Below, in pieces: positions 31,127 to 41,541 of a stretch of 64,000 nucleotides of DNA. The notes under the pieces were generated by a model. It was given only the letters and a program-made list of their open reading frames with translations, was not told the DNA's origin and did not search any database. The DNA is taken from the NCBI GenBank assembly GCA_963708025.1, contig CAVPSB010000022.1:32001-96000 (forward strand), written 5' to 3'. The translations under genes and the position numbers were made by a program. Source of the DNA: an uncultured Candidatus Rokubacteria bacterium. GTDB lineage: Bacteria > Methylomirabilota > Methylomirabilia > Rokubacteriales > DASRDR01. The first letter of the stretch is position 1. Each line of letters opens with the position of its first letter.

Positions 31127-31147
31127 GGCTAACACCTCAATGGCTCC

Positions 31148-31178
31148 TACAGTACTATGGTCAACGACCATGGTCAAC
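31148..31178 (-). promoter_or_regulatory. TA promoter with overlapping palindromic operator
   Basis: GTTGACCATGGTCGTTGACCATAGTACTGT contains palindromes GACCATGGTC and ATGGTC-GTT-GACCAT, with a TTGACC -35-like box. Confidence 0.6.
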
Positions 31179-31236
31179 ACGATCTCCGATCAACGGCTGA
31201 CCTCGCAAGCTCTTGTGTCAGCACGGAACGACGGGC

Positions 31237-32331
<1,095 letters not shown>

Positions 32332-32338
32332 CAGTATT

Positions 32339-32402
32339 GGGACCTCCCGCCCACCCCCCCAGCCCCCCTCCCCCACCCACCGGGGGGAGGGGGGGGCCGG
32401 AA
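32339..32402 (-). repeat. Type A repeat without module
   Basis: TTCCGGCCCCCCCCTCCCCCCGGTGGGTGGGGGAGGGGGGCTGGGGGGGTGGGCGGGAGGTCCC. Confidence 0.85.
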
Positions 32403-32421
32403 GCATCGATCCCACGCGTTC

Positions 32422-34113
32422 TCAGACCTGAAGGAACCGCTTCCCCAGGAACCGCTGGCCTACGGCGACGATGACGAGGGTGATCAGGAGGAGCAGCACC
32501 CCCAGGCTGGAGACCGCCTCCCACAGCCCCTCCTCGTAGAGGGTGTAGATGACGACGGAGACCACCCGGGAGCGCGCCGTGAAGAGCAGGATCGAGGAGG
32601 ACAGCTCCCGGAGGCTCGGCAGGAAGACGAGCAGCCAGGCCGAGGCGAGCCCGGCCCCCAGGAGCGGCACCGTCACGTCCTTCACGGCCGTGAGCCGGCC
32701 GGCGCCCAGGATCCGCGCGGCGTCCTCCAGGTCCGGGTGGACCGTCGACATCGCCGCCGCGCAGGCGGTGTAGGCGACCGGCAGGTACTTGGTCAGGTAA
32801 GCGACGAAGATGATCCAGATCGTGCCGTAGAGGAGGAGCGGCGGCCGCGAGTAGGCGGTGAAGAGCCCGATCGACAGCACGATGCCCGGCACCGCCAGCG
32901 GGGCCGTGGCCAGGAAGGCGAGCAGGCGGGCGCCCCGCAGGAGCCGCCGGTGCGCGACGTAGGCGATCCCGGCCATCAGCAGCGCCGCCAGCGTGGCGGT
33001 CACGAACCCCAGCAGCAGCGTGTTGACGATGGCCGAGCGCGTCGGGTCGTACTCGAACAGGACGAAGCGGAAGTTGCGCAGCGTGAGGTTCTCCCAGCTC
33101 CAGCCGAGCCCCCACGCCTTGGCCAGCGCCGCCCGGAGCAGCGCGAAGTACGGAAGGACGATCCCGCAGCCGAGGACCACGGCGCAGCCGCCGAGCGCGG
33201 GCCAGCGCCAGCGGCCCAGGGCCACCGGGCGGGGAGCGGTGCCGCGCCCACCGACCGTGGTGTAGGTACGGCGGCCGACGAGCCGCCGCTGGATCCAGAG
33301 GAGGCCGGCCGCGCAGACGAGGAGCGGCATCGCGTAGGCGGCGGCCACCTCGACCTTCGGCGGGTAGTGAAAGAAGGCCCAGAGCTGGGTGGTCATGACG
33401 TGGAAGCGGGCGGGCAGCGCGAGCATCGCCGGGGCGCCGAAGAGCACCAGCGTCTCCAGGAACGCCAGGATGAACCCACCCGCGATCGCCGGGACGGCCA
33501 GGGGGAACGTCACGTCGCGCAGGACCGACCACCGGCCGGCGCCGGCGATGCGGGCCGCGTCCTCCAGGTCGGCCGGCGTGGCGGTGAGCGCGGCCCCGGT
33601 CAGGATGAAGACGACCGGGAACGTGTAGAGGCTCGTCACGAAGATGAGCCCGGTCATCGAGAAGATGTTGACGAGGGGCGCCTCGGCGCCGGTCAGCGCG
33701 CGCCAGAGCACGTTGACGAGGCCGGCGTTGGGGCCGGCCAGGATGACCCAGGCGGTGGCGCCCAGGAAGGACGGCGTGACGAAGGCCGCGACGGTGAGCG
33801 TGCGGATCGCGTCCTTCCCCGGCAGGTCGGTGCGGCCGACCAGCCAGGCCATCGGGGCGCCGATCAGGACGCTCAGGATGCCGACCGCCGTCGCGTAGAC
33901 GAAGGAGTTCACGATCGGCCCCCGGTAGATCGGCCGCCCGAAGGCGGCCACGAAGTTGGCCAGGCTGGGGCCGCCCGGCGTGCTGAAGCTCGAGGCCACC
34001 AGGATGCCGAGCGGCGCCACGACCAGGACGGCGAGGACGGCGGCGTTGAGGAGCCAGACGAGCGCGCTCGCGTCGACCGCCCTCGCCCCTCTGACGCCGC
34101 CGTCCGGAGCCAT
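32422..34113 (-). CDS. FbpB-like double-domain ABC permease
   Basis: Two EAA loops (DLEDAARIAGA, DLEDAARILGA); about 12 TM segments. Confidence 0.93.
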   Translation of the reverse strand: MAPDGGVRGARAVDASALVWLLNAAVLAVLVVAPLGILVASSFSTPGGPSLANFVAAFGRPIYRGPIVNSFVYATAVGILSVLIGAPMAWLVGRTDLPGKDAIRTLTVAAFVTPSFLGATAWVILAGPNAGLVNVLWRALTGAEAPLVNIFSMTGLIFVTSLYTFPVVFILTGAALTATPADLEDAARIAGAGRWSVLRDVTFPLAVPAIAGGFILAFLETLVLFGAPAMLALPARFHVMTTQLWAFFHYPPKVEVAAAYAMPLLVCAAGLLWIQRRLVGRRTYTTVGGRGTAPRPVALGRWRWPALGGCAVVLGCGIVLPYFALLRAALAKAWGLGWSWENLTLRNFRFVLFEYDPTRSAIVNTLLLGFVTATLAALLMAGIAYVAHRRLLRGARLLAFLATAPLAVPGIVLSIGLFTAYSRPPLLLYGTIWIIFVAYLTKYLPVAYTACAAAMSTVHPDLEDAARILGAGRLTAVKDVTVPLLGAGLASAWLLVFLPSLRELSSSILLFTARSRVVSVVIYTLYEEGLWEAVSSLGVLLLLITLVIVAVGQRFLGKRFLQV

Positions 34114-35126
34114 CACACCCCGAACAGCTCGCGGAACTTCGTCTTGATCTCCTCGTTCCGCTTCAGGATCTCCTCGGGGTCGGCCGGCAGGAGCTTGAGC
34201 TCCTTGAGCGGCCGCTTGTCCTTGGCGTAGGCGACTTCCTCGTTCGGCACGTAGAGGCCGTCGTCCACGAGGATCTGCTGGGCCTCCTTCCCGAAGAGCC
34301 AGTCGGTGAAGACCCGGGCGGCGTTGGGGTGCGGGGCCCGGGCCAGGACCGCGTTGGCCGACGAGACGAACGGCACCCCCTCCTCGGGAAAGATGATCTC
34401 GATCGGGTTCCCCTTCTTGAGCGCCCGGTAGAGGTTGTACTCGGCCGACGCGCCGGCCCACGCCTCGCCGCCGGCGATCTTCATCGGCGGGTCCTCGGCC
34501 GACTGGACGACCAGCGGCTGGTTCTTGGCCAGCGCGGCGAAGTAGTCCCAGCCGAACGCGCCCAGGAGCCCGGTCATGCCGGTCAGCACCACGCCGCTGT
34601 AGCCCGGATGGGCCTGGACCAGCTTCCCCTTCCACCGGGGCTCGAGGAGATCCTTCCAGCGCTTCGGGGCTTCCGCCTTGGGAACCTTCTGGGTGTTGAT
34701 CCCGATGACATAGGGGGAGCCGCGGAGGACGGTGTAGAAGCCGTCCTTGTCCTTGAACTCGGCCCGGAAGCGCTCGGCGCCGGCCGGCGCGTACTTGGCG
34801 AGCATCCCCTTGGTCTTGAAGTCCAGGAAGTGGGAGATGTCCGAGGTGTGGACCACGTCGGCGATCCACAGGTTCGCCCCCGCCTCCTGCATGACCTTCT
34901 GGAAGATCCGCTCCGACCCGTCCCGGTTCAGCTCGCAGGTGACGCCGAGACCCTTCTTGTTGAACGTGTCGCACACCTTCTGGGCCAGCGAGAGGCCGAG
35001 CGAGGAGTACCAGACGACCTTCCCTTCCTTCTTCGCCAGCTCCGCCACGCTCTGCGCCGCCGCCGGCGCCGTCCACAGGGCGAGGGCCAGCCCGATGACC
35101 GTCAGTCCCGTCACGACCCGTCGCAT
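34113..35126 (-). CDS. Extracellular solute-binding protein (Fe3+/AfuA-like family)
   Basis: Signal peptide, AKKEGKVVWYSS, PKRWKDLLEPRWKG, APHPNAARVF. Confidence 0.92.
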   Translation of the reverse strand: MRRVVTGLTVIGLALALWTAPAAAQSVAELAKKEGKVVWYSSLGLSLAQKVCDTFNKKGLGVTCELNRDGSERIFQKVMQEAGANLWIADVVHTSDISHFLDFKTKGMLAKYAPAGAERFRAEFKDKDGFYTVLRGSPYVIGINTQKVPKAEAPKRWKDLLEPRWKGKLVQAHPGYSGVVLTGMTGLLGAFGWDYFAALAKNQPLVVQSAEDPPMKIAGGEAWAGASAEYNLYRALKKGNPIEIIFPEEGVPFVSSANAVLARAPHPNAARVFTDWLFGKEAQQILVDDGLYVPNEEVAYAKDKRPLKELKLLPADPEEILKRNEEIKTKFRELFGV

Positions 35127-35147
35127 GATTGCCTCCTCCTTGTCGCG

Positions 35148-35957
35148 TCAACCGGCGCCGCGAATCGCGACGCCGCGTCCGAGCCCGCCGTCCACGTCCA
35201 CCGACACCCCCGTGATGTATGCCGCCGCCACCGGCGAGGCCAGGAAGACCACCACCGGCGCGACGTCTTCCTGCGTCCCCAGCCGGCCGAGCGGGACGTT
35301 CTCCCGCGCCAGCGCGGCCGCGGCCTCCTCCTCGCTGACACCCCGCGCCCGGGCGATGCCCGCGATGCGCTCCGACCACCGCTCGTTCTTGATCACGCCG
35401 GGACACACCGCGTTGACCCGGATGCCGTCCGGCGCCAGCTCGACCGCCAGGCTCTCGGTCAGGCTGAGCAGCGCGGCCTTCGTCACGTTGGACGCGATCT
35501 GCCCGAGGCGCGGTCGCTTGCCCGAGAGCGCCGCCACGTTGACGATCCGGCCCCCGCCCTGCCGGCGCATGACCGGTGCGACGGCCCGGCAGAGCCGGAC
35601 GGCCGAGAGCAGGTTCAGCTCCACCGATCGCTGCCATGCCGCGTCGTCGACCGCGTCGAAGGCACGGAGCAGGCCGGCGCCCGCGTTGTTCACCAGGACG
35701 TCGATCCGCCCGTGGCGCTCCAGCGTAGCATCGACCAGCCGCCGGACGTCGTCGGCCCGGGTGACGTCCGCCACCACCGGCTGGGCGGCCGCCCCGCGGG
35801 CGGCGACCTCGGCGGCGACCGCCGTCAGGTCGGCCTCCCCGCGCGCGCAGAGCGCCAGCCGGGCGCCCTCGGCGGCGAACGCCAGCGCGCAGGCGTGGCC
35901 CAGGCCGCGAGAGGCGCCAGTGATCAGGACGACCTGATCCCGGAGTCCCAGGTCCAC
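35148..35957 (-). CDS. SDR family oxidoreductase
   Basis: TGASRGLG, NNAG, SNVTK in place of YxxxK, VDGG. Confidence 0.92.
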   Translation of the reverse strand: MDLGLRDQVVLITGASRGLGHACALAFAAEGARLALCARGEADLTAVAAEVAARGAAAQPVVADVTRADDVRRLVDATLERHGRIDVLVNNAGAGLLRAFDAVDDAAWQRSVELNLLSAVRLCRAVAPVMRRQGGGRIVNVAALSGKRPRLGQIASNVTKAALLSLTESLAVELAPDGIRVNAVCPGVIKNERWSERIAGIARARGVSEEEAAAALARENVPLGRLGTQEDVAPVVVFLASPVAAAYITGVSVDVDGGLGRGVAIRGAG

Positions 35958-36110
35958 CAGCGCCGCTCCTGCACCGGCATTCTCATGATGGGCTCTCGCG
36001 CGGTGGGCCGCATTGTAGCTCGGCCGGTGGGGGGCCGGGAAGCCTGCCCGCGGGTGCTTCGATCCGGGCGCACAGGACCCTCCGAGTCCCCCGCGCTCCC
36101 CGAGCGCCCC

Positions 36111-36818
36111 TCAGCCAGTCGCCAGGAGGGCGCGAGCGTAAGCCGGGCCCTTCGCCGCGTCCTCGTGCTTGAAGTAGGCGAAGACGTCGAGGCCGGCGGC
36201 GACCCAGTCGTGGCAGCGGGTCCGCCAGCCGGCGAGGTCGGCGGCGCCGTACTCCTCGCGCCGGAGCCGGACGTAGACGAAGCCGGCGGTCAGCACGATG
36301 GGCGCGGGCGCCTCGTCGGTCTCGGCCAGGCAGAGGGCGACACCGTGCTGCCGGAGCACGGCGTAGGTGTCCTCCGCGTACCACGAGGCATGGCGCACCT
36401 CGAGGGCCAGGCGGAACAGCGGCGGGACCAGACGGAGAAAGCCGTCCAGGCGCGGCGCGTCGGCGCGGAAGTTCGGGGGAAGCTGGACGAGGATCGGCCC
36501 GAGCTGCTGCGAGCCGGTCAGGACCGAAACGGTGGCGAGGAACCGCTGGAGCAGGTCCTCGCAGTCACGGAGCCGCTGGACGTGGGTGAGCTTCTGGTTC
36601 AGCTTGACCGCGAACTGGAACCCGGGGGGAACCGCAGCCGCCCACTCCCGGAGAGTGCGCTCGGCCGGCATCCGGTAAAAGGTGTGGTTGATCTCGACGG
36701 TCGGCAGCTCCCGGCTGTAGAAGGCGAGCATCTCCTTGGCCGGCAGCCGGTCGGGATAGAACCCGCCCCGCCAGGCCGGGTAGGCGTAACCGGAGGTGCC
36801 GACGCGGAGAGCCGCCAC
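36111..36818 (-). CDS. DUF72 family protein
   Basis: VGTSGY, VEINHTFYR, LVQLPP, EVRHASW, YVRLR. Confidence 0.93.
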   Translation of the reverse strand: MAALRVGTSGYAYPAWRGGFYPDRLPAKEMLAFYSRELPTVEINHTFYRMPAERTLREWAAAVPPGFQFAVKLNQKLTHVQRLRDCEDLLQRFLATVSVLTGSQQLGPILVQLPPNFRADAPRLDGFLRLVPPLFRLALEVRHASWYAEDTYAVLRQHGVALCLAETDEAPAPIVLTAGFVYVRLRREEYGAADLAGWRTRCHDWVAAGLDVFAYFKHEDAAKGPAYARALLATG

Positions 36819-36885
36819 GCCGCTTTGCTATCATGGAACCGCTTCGCGCGCCCAGCGTCTTTTCGAGCGCCGACACGGAGGCTCC

Positions 36886-37401
36886 ATGACCGTCCGGGAC
36901 GCGACCGCGGCGGACGCCGCCGCCATCTGCCGGATCTACAACCAGGGGATCCAGGACCGGGTCGCCACGCTGGAGACCGAGGAACGGACCCCCGAGGAGC
37001 GGGCGGCGTGGTTGGCCGCGCGCGGGCCACGGCACCCGGTCGTGGTCGCGGCGGCCCCGGCCGCCGACGGGTCCGAGGTGGTCGGGTGGGCCAGCCTGAA
37101 CGTCTTCAACCCGCGCCGCGCCTACGACCACGTCGCCGACCTCTCGATCTACGTCGAGCGGGGCTGGCGGGGACGGGGCGTCGGACGCCGGCTCCTCGAG
37201 GCGCTGATCGCCCGGGCCCGGGAGCTCGGCTACCACAAGCTGATCCTCTCGGCGTTCCCGTTCAACGAGGCAGGCATGGCGGCCTACCGGCGGGCCGGGT
37301 TCCGGGACGTCGGGATCTACCGCGAGCAGGGGCTGCTGGACGGCAAGTGGGTCGACACGATCGTCATGGAGAAGATCCTCGACGGCCCCCGCGCCCACTG
37401 A
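36886..37401 (+). CDS. GNAT N-acetyltransferase (phosphinothricin/arsinothricin ArsN-like)
   Basis: IYNQGIQDRVATLE, SIYVERGWRGRGVG, G.LDGKWVD; GGAGG RBS. Confidence 0.88.
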   Translation: MTVRDATAADAAAICRIYNQGIQDRVATLETEERTPEERAAWLAARGPRHPVVVAAAPAADGSEVVGWASLNVFNPRRAYDHVADLSIYVERGWRGRGVGRRLLEALIARARELGYHKLILSAFPFNEAGMAAYRRAGFRDVGIYREQGLLDGKWVDTIVMEKILDGPRAH

Positions 37402-37407
37402 GGGCAC

Positions 37408-37483
37408 GGGTCAGGCCTTTCAATCTCGACGCGCAGCCCGCCCGCTCGCTCGAGCGGATTGTTAAGATTGAAAGGCCTGACCC
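37408..37483. repeat. Perfect 19-bp inverted repeat between convergent genes (MITE-like or terminator)
   Basis: GGGTCAGGCCTTTCAATCT-N38-AGATTGAAAGGCCTGACCC. Confidence 0.8.
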
Positions 37484-37489
37484 CCCCTT

Positions 37490-38221
37490 TCAGGGGCGAA
37501 CGAGGCCCTCTCGGATCGCGTAGCGGACCAGCTGGGCCGCGTTGCCCAGCTCGAGCTTCCGGAAGATGTTCTGCCGGTGGGTCTCGATCGTCTTCAGGCT
37601 CGTGCCCAGCTTGTCAGCGATCTCCTTCGAGGTCATGCCTTCCGCGATGTGCCGGATGATCTCCAGCTCCCGGGGCGTGACCCGACTCCCGCGCTCGCGC
37701 CCGACCCGCCCGATCCGCCGGTCCCCGCCCAGCTCGTAGACAGCCAGGACCCGCCAGAACGCGAAGTGCTGGATGCGGAGCAGCGCCAGCAGCGTGTGGG
37801 CGAGGCCCGGGGTCACCCGGAGCGAGTTCATGAGGACCTGGGCCACGGCCTCCTGGTGCGCCTCCAAGAAGGCCAGGAGCCGCTCGGAGCCGAGGCGGTC
37901 GCGGGAGAACTCCAGGGCGATCTCTTCGATGGCGCTGGTGTAGGCCCGGAAGTCGCGGCGAATGAAGGCCCGGTGGATGCGCTCCAGCACCCGGGGAGCG
38001 AGGTCGGCCTCCCGCGGGGTCCAGTCACGGCCCGCCACATCGCGATAACGGGTGCGCCAGTGGCGGATCACCACGTCGCGGTCGCGCTCGAGACGGGCGA
38101 AGGCGGTCGCGACGGCGTGCTGGGCGGGGCCGGCCAGCGAGAAGCCCGGGGGAAGGGCGGAGCCCCGCTCGACGGCGGGGTCCCGCTCCGACGGAGTGCG
38201 CTGGGCGCCTGTCCTGGCCAT
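37490..38221 (-). CDS. LuxR-type HTH regulator with an all-helical N-terminal sensor domain
   Basis: VTPRELEIIRHIAEGMTSKEIADKLGTSLKTIETHRQNIFRKL; no receiver motifs. Confidence 0.88.
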   Translation of the reverse strand: MARTGAQRTPSERDPAVERGSALPPGFSLAGPAQHAVATAFARLERDRDVVIRHWRTRYRDVAGRDWTPREADLAPRVLERIHRAFIRRDFRAYTSAIEEIALEFSRDRLGSERLLAFLEAHQEAVAQVLMNSLRVTPGLAHTLLALLRIQHFAFWRVLAVYELGGDRRIGRVGRERGSRVTPRELEIIRHIAEGMTSKEIADKLGTSLKTIETHRQNIFRKLELGNAAQLVRYAIREGLVRP

Positions 38222-38256
38222 GGCCTCCACGCGTTCCCGACCCGACCTCGCCGGGC

Positions 38257-39519
38257 TCAGAACGGCACCAGGGCGCCGCCCGCGTCGAACGCCAGGGGCG
38301 CCGGCCCGCTGACCTGCGCGAGGTCGTCCCGCTTGGCGACGTCCCCCAGCAACGCCTCCGACACCTCGACCTCGGCCAGGCGCAGGGTGTTCTTGACCCG
38401 CACGACACGCGCCTCCTCGACCCGCTCGAGGCCGAGGCACGACAGCGCCACCGCGATGGCGTCCCGGTCCGTCTCCAGGACCGGGGGCAGCTTGGCGCCG
38501 GCCGGGGAGCAGGCGGTGAGACAGTTGATGTACGTCGCGTTCCAGTCGACCTTGTTGGCCAGCCGCCGGGTGGTGAAGTCGGCGTTGCCGATCCCGGTGG
38601 CGTTCCCGTTGGTGTGCGGCGTCAGGTCGCACACCACGATGAAGGTGATCCGGGGGCTCGGGAACGGCGGCTCGAAGAAGGTGCCGTGCCGGCCGATGAT
38701 GTTCGAGTCCATGCCGGCGCCGGAGACGTCCTTGCCCATCTCGTCGACCACCAGGAGGTCGAGCTGCTCGAACGGGAGCCGGGCCATCCAGGACTTGGCC
38801 TCCTTGAGGAGCGCCCGCTCGCCCGCCTCCAGGTCGGCCGGCAGGAAGGCCTGGACCTTGGCCGTCTCGTCGTAGCCGTTCTCGAGGATCCCGAGCCCGA
38901 AGGCGATCCGCGCCTTCCGCAGCATCTCCCGGCCGACCTCGCCGATGACGGTCTCGTAGCGGTGCCGGACGTTGGCCCGGTGGGCCTGGATCGCGCCCCG
39001 GTGCTTGCCGAGGCCGATCGTCATCATCTTGAACAGGCCCGATTCGATGTCGCCCTTGAAGTCGGTGTGAGGCTTGACCCGGTTGACGACGCCGATCCAG
39101 TCCGCCTCGGCCGCGTAGCGGTCGAGCCAGACCGGCAGCCCCAGGGTCTCGCCGACCTGGACGACGTCCATCGTCGCCCGGACCGGGCACCCCATCGTCG
39201 CCTCGGTGACGCCGTAGTGCTCCAGGACGGACAGCTGGCCCTCGGCGGTGCCCCCCCCGTGGCTCCCCATGGCGGGGAAGATGAACGGCTTCGCCCCCAG
39301 CCCTTTCAGGTAGTCCACCGACGCCCGGGCGACGACGTCGATGTTGACGATGCCGCGGCTGCCGACCGACAGGGCCACGGTCTGGCCCGGCTTGATCGGC
39401 AGGCTCAGCCGGCTCAGGGCCTCGCGGACGGCGCTCGGCACGTCGTGAAGCATGGGACCCGGGAACGTCTGCTTGACGCGGGCCATGCGGGGGAACGTAG
39501 ACACGCGCGGGATGCTCAT
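38257..39519 (-). CDS. LarA-like (DUF2088/DUF362) nickel-pincer-type racemase/epimerase homolog
   Basis: GSRGI, PAMGSHGG, NRVKPHTDF, GLGK, GKDVSGAGMD, GNATGIG. Confidence 0.85.
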   Translation of the reverse strand: MSIPRVSTFPRMARVKQTFPGPMLHDVPSAVREALSRLSLPIKPGQTVALSVGSRGIVNIDVVARASVDYLKGLGAKPFIFPAMGSHGGGTAEGQLSVLEHYGVTEATMGCPVRATMDVVQVGETLGLPVWLDRYAAEADWIGVVNRVKPHTDFKGDIESGLFKMMTIGLGKHRGAIQAHRANVRHRYETVIGEVGREMLRKARIAFGLGILENGYDETAKVQAFLPADLEAGERALLKEAKSWMARLPFEQLDLLVVDEMGKDVSGAGMDSNIIGRHGTFFEPPFPSPRITFIVVCDLTPHTNGNATGIGNADFTTRRLANKVDWNATYINCLTACSPAGAKLPPVLETDRDAIAVALSCLGLERVEEARVVRVKNTLRLAEVEVSEALLGDVAKRDDLAQVSGPAPLAFDAGGALVPF

Positions 39520-39536
39520 GGGGCCCTCCTGCTTCG

Positions 39537-39566
39537 AGTCTATCTGTCCCCGTGCGTGGGTGTCAA
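39537..39566 (-). promoter_or_regulatory. Sigma70-like promoter of the larA-like gene
   Basis: TTGACA-N18-TAGACT followed by AGGAGG. Confidence 0.6.
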
Positions 39567-39681
39567 AGGCTCCTCACACAAGCCGGGGATGTAGCAAGAT
39601 CCGTTCCAGTGTTTCCCTTAAGGCGGCGCCCCGGCAAGGGGCAGGTTCCGGCGGGAGGGGGAAGCCCGCTCCCGTTTGGTC

Positions 39682-40545
39682 TCAGAGACCCTGGACGGCG
39701 CCGGAGACCAGCCCGGTGGTCAGGTAGCGGCGGAAGACGTAGTAGAAGATGACGGGGGGGATCGCGTAGATCGTGGACACCGCCATCAGCAGGTTCCAGG
39801 GGGCGTCGTCGCCGGTGAGGAACGTCCCCATCGAGATCGGCAGCGTGAACATCGTCTCGCTCTGGAGGAACAGCACCGCGTACAGGTACTCGTTCCAGGC
39901 GAAGAAGAACGCGTAGGTCCCGATGGCGATCAGTGGGGGCAGCACCAGCGGCAGGTACATCCGGAAGAAGAGCGTGAGGACCCCGGCGCCATCGATGGCC
40001 GCCGACTCGTCGATCTCGGGCGGGATCGTCTTGGCGTAGTCCCACAGGACCCAGAGCGCGTAGGGGGACGCGAAGGTGATCATGGCCAGGATGAGCGACC
40101 AGTAGCTGTCGAGGAGGTCGTAGTCGCCCATGATCTTGAAGAAGGGGATGGACAGGAACGACGACGGGATGATGTAGGTGAAGAGCGTCATCGCCGAGAT
40201 CGCGCGGCCGAGGCCGAACCGGATGCGGCCGAGCGCGAAGCTCCCGAGCGCGGCGACGACCAGGACCCCGGCCATCGTCACCGCCGCCACCACCACGCTG
40301 TTGGTCATCCACCGCCAGAAGAACTTCACGAACACGCTCTCCTGGAAGGCGATGAAGCGATAACTCTCCAGGGTCGGGTGCTTCACGAAATACTCGGGCC
40401 GGAACAGCTCGGTGGTGGGGGTGAACGAGAGGGTCAGCATGTAGTAGATCGGGAACAGCGTCCACACGACCACGATGGCCAGCACGGCCGCCCGGGCGAT
40501 CTGCAGCCCCACGCGGCGAGCGGTGTCCCGGGTGGGGCCGGTCAC
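39682..40545 (-). CDS. Carbohydrate ABC permease (MalG-like)
   Basis: IPPEIDESAAIDGA, AWNEYL. Confidence 0.93.
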   Translation of the reverse strand: MTGPTRDTARRVGLQIARAAVLAIVVVWTLFPIYYMLTLSFTPTTELFRPEYFVKHPTLESYRFIAFQESVFVKFFWRWMTNSVVVAAVTMAGVLVVAALGSFALGRIRFGLGRAISAMTLFTYIIPSSFLSIPFFKIMGDYDLLDSYWSLILAMITFASPYALWVLWDYAKTIPPEIDESAAIDGAGVLTLFFRMYLPLVLPPLIAIGTYAFFFAWNEYLYAVLFLQSETMFTLPISMGTFLTGDDAPWNLLMAVSTIYAIPPVIFYYVFRRYLTTGLVSGAVQGL

Positions 40546-41435
40546 TTGATCTTCCGGATCAGGATGAAGATGAACAGCAGCGTGACCGGCAGGGCCGTCG
40601 CGAACACCCCCACTCCCCAGTCGATCTTCCCCATCAGGAAGGTGTACCGGTAGGCCAGCGTCGCCAGCACGTGGGTCGAATCGCCAGGGGCGCCGCCGGT
40701 CAGGAGCCAGACGTTGGTGAAGTCGCCGAGCGTGAAGACCGTCGAGAGCAGCGTGCAGATCAGGTAGATGCCGCTCAGCATGGGGAACGTGATGAACCGG
40801 AAGTTCTGGAGCGCGCTCGCCCCGTCGATCGATGCCGCCTCGTACAGCTCGCGGGGGATCCCCCGCCGGGCGGCCAGCAAGATGACCGTCCAGAACGGCA
40901 GGTACTTCCAGATGTGGAAGACGACCAGGGCCCCGATCGCCATCCACCGCGAGGCGAGCCAGTGGACTGTCCCGACGCCGAGGTCCTCCATGATCAGGTT
41001 CATGATCCCCCACTGGGAGGAGAGCATCCAGCGGATGGACAGGATCCCGGGGAGGACCGGGATGGCCCAGGGCAGGAGGAAGATCGCGGAGAGGAACCGC
41101 ACGCTTCGGGTCTCCGACTGGAGCAGGCCGGAGAGGAGCAGGGCGAGGAAGAGCTTCACGTTGACCGCGATGCCGACGTAGACGATGGTGTTGACGATCG
41201 TCTGGACGTAGATCGGGTCGGAGAAGAGGACCTCGTAGGTGTAGGGATCGAGGCCCTGGGTGACCTCGAAGTAGAGCGGGTAGACGACGAAGAAGAGGAA
41301 GAGCAGGATCAGGGGGAGGCAGAAGAGCAGCCCCTGGAGGTTGCGCGACCGGGGCGCGAAGACCCCGGCCGCGACGGAGGCGGAGCGCCCGAGGAGTCCG
41401 TTGACTCCTCGGGCGCGCGCTACCGCATTCGCCAT
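40542..41435 (-). CDS. Carbohydrate ABC permease (MalF-like)
   Basis: ELYEAASIDGA, LTGGAPG. Confidence 0.93.
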   Translation of the reverse strand: MANAVARARGVNGLLGRSASVAAGVFAPRSRNLQGLLFCLPLILLFLFFVVYPLYFEVTQGLDPYTYEVLFSDPIYVQTIVNTIVYVGIAVNVKLFLALLLSGLLQSETRSVRFLSAIFLLPWAIPVLPGILSIRWMLSSQWGIMNLIMEDLGVGTVHWLASRWMAIGALVVFHIWKYLPFWTVILLAARRGIPRELYEAASIDGASALQNFRFITFPMLSGIYLICTLLSTVFTLGDFTNVWLLTGGAPGDSTHVLATLAYRYTFLMGKIDWGVGVFATALPVTLLFIFILIRKIK

Positions 41436-41541
41436 TGGCTAGCGGGCGGGGCCGATGAGCGTCGCATCGCGTCGTCCTCGGTCGGCGCCGATCCTAGCGA
41501 GACCATCCTTGCACCCGTGACGGCGCGCCGAGTGCAGCTCC

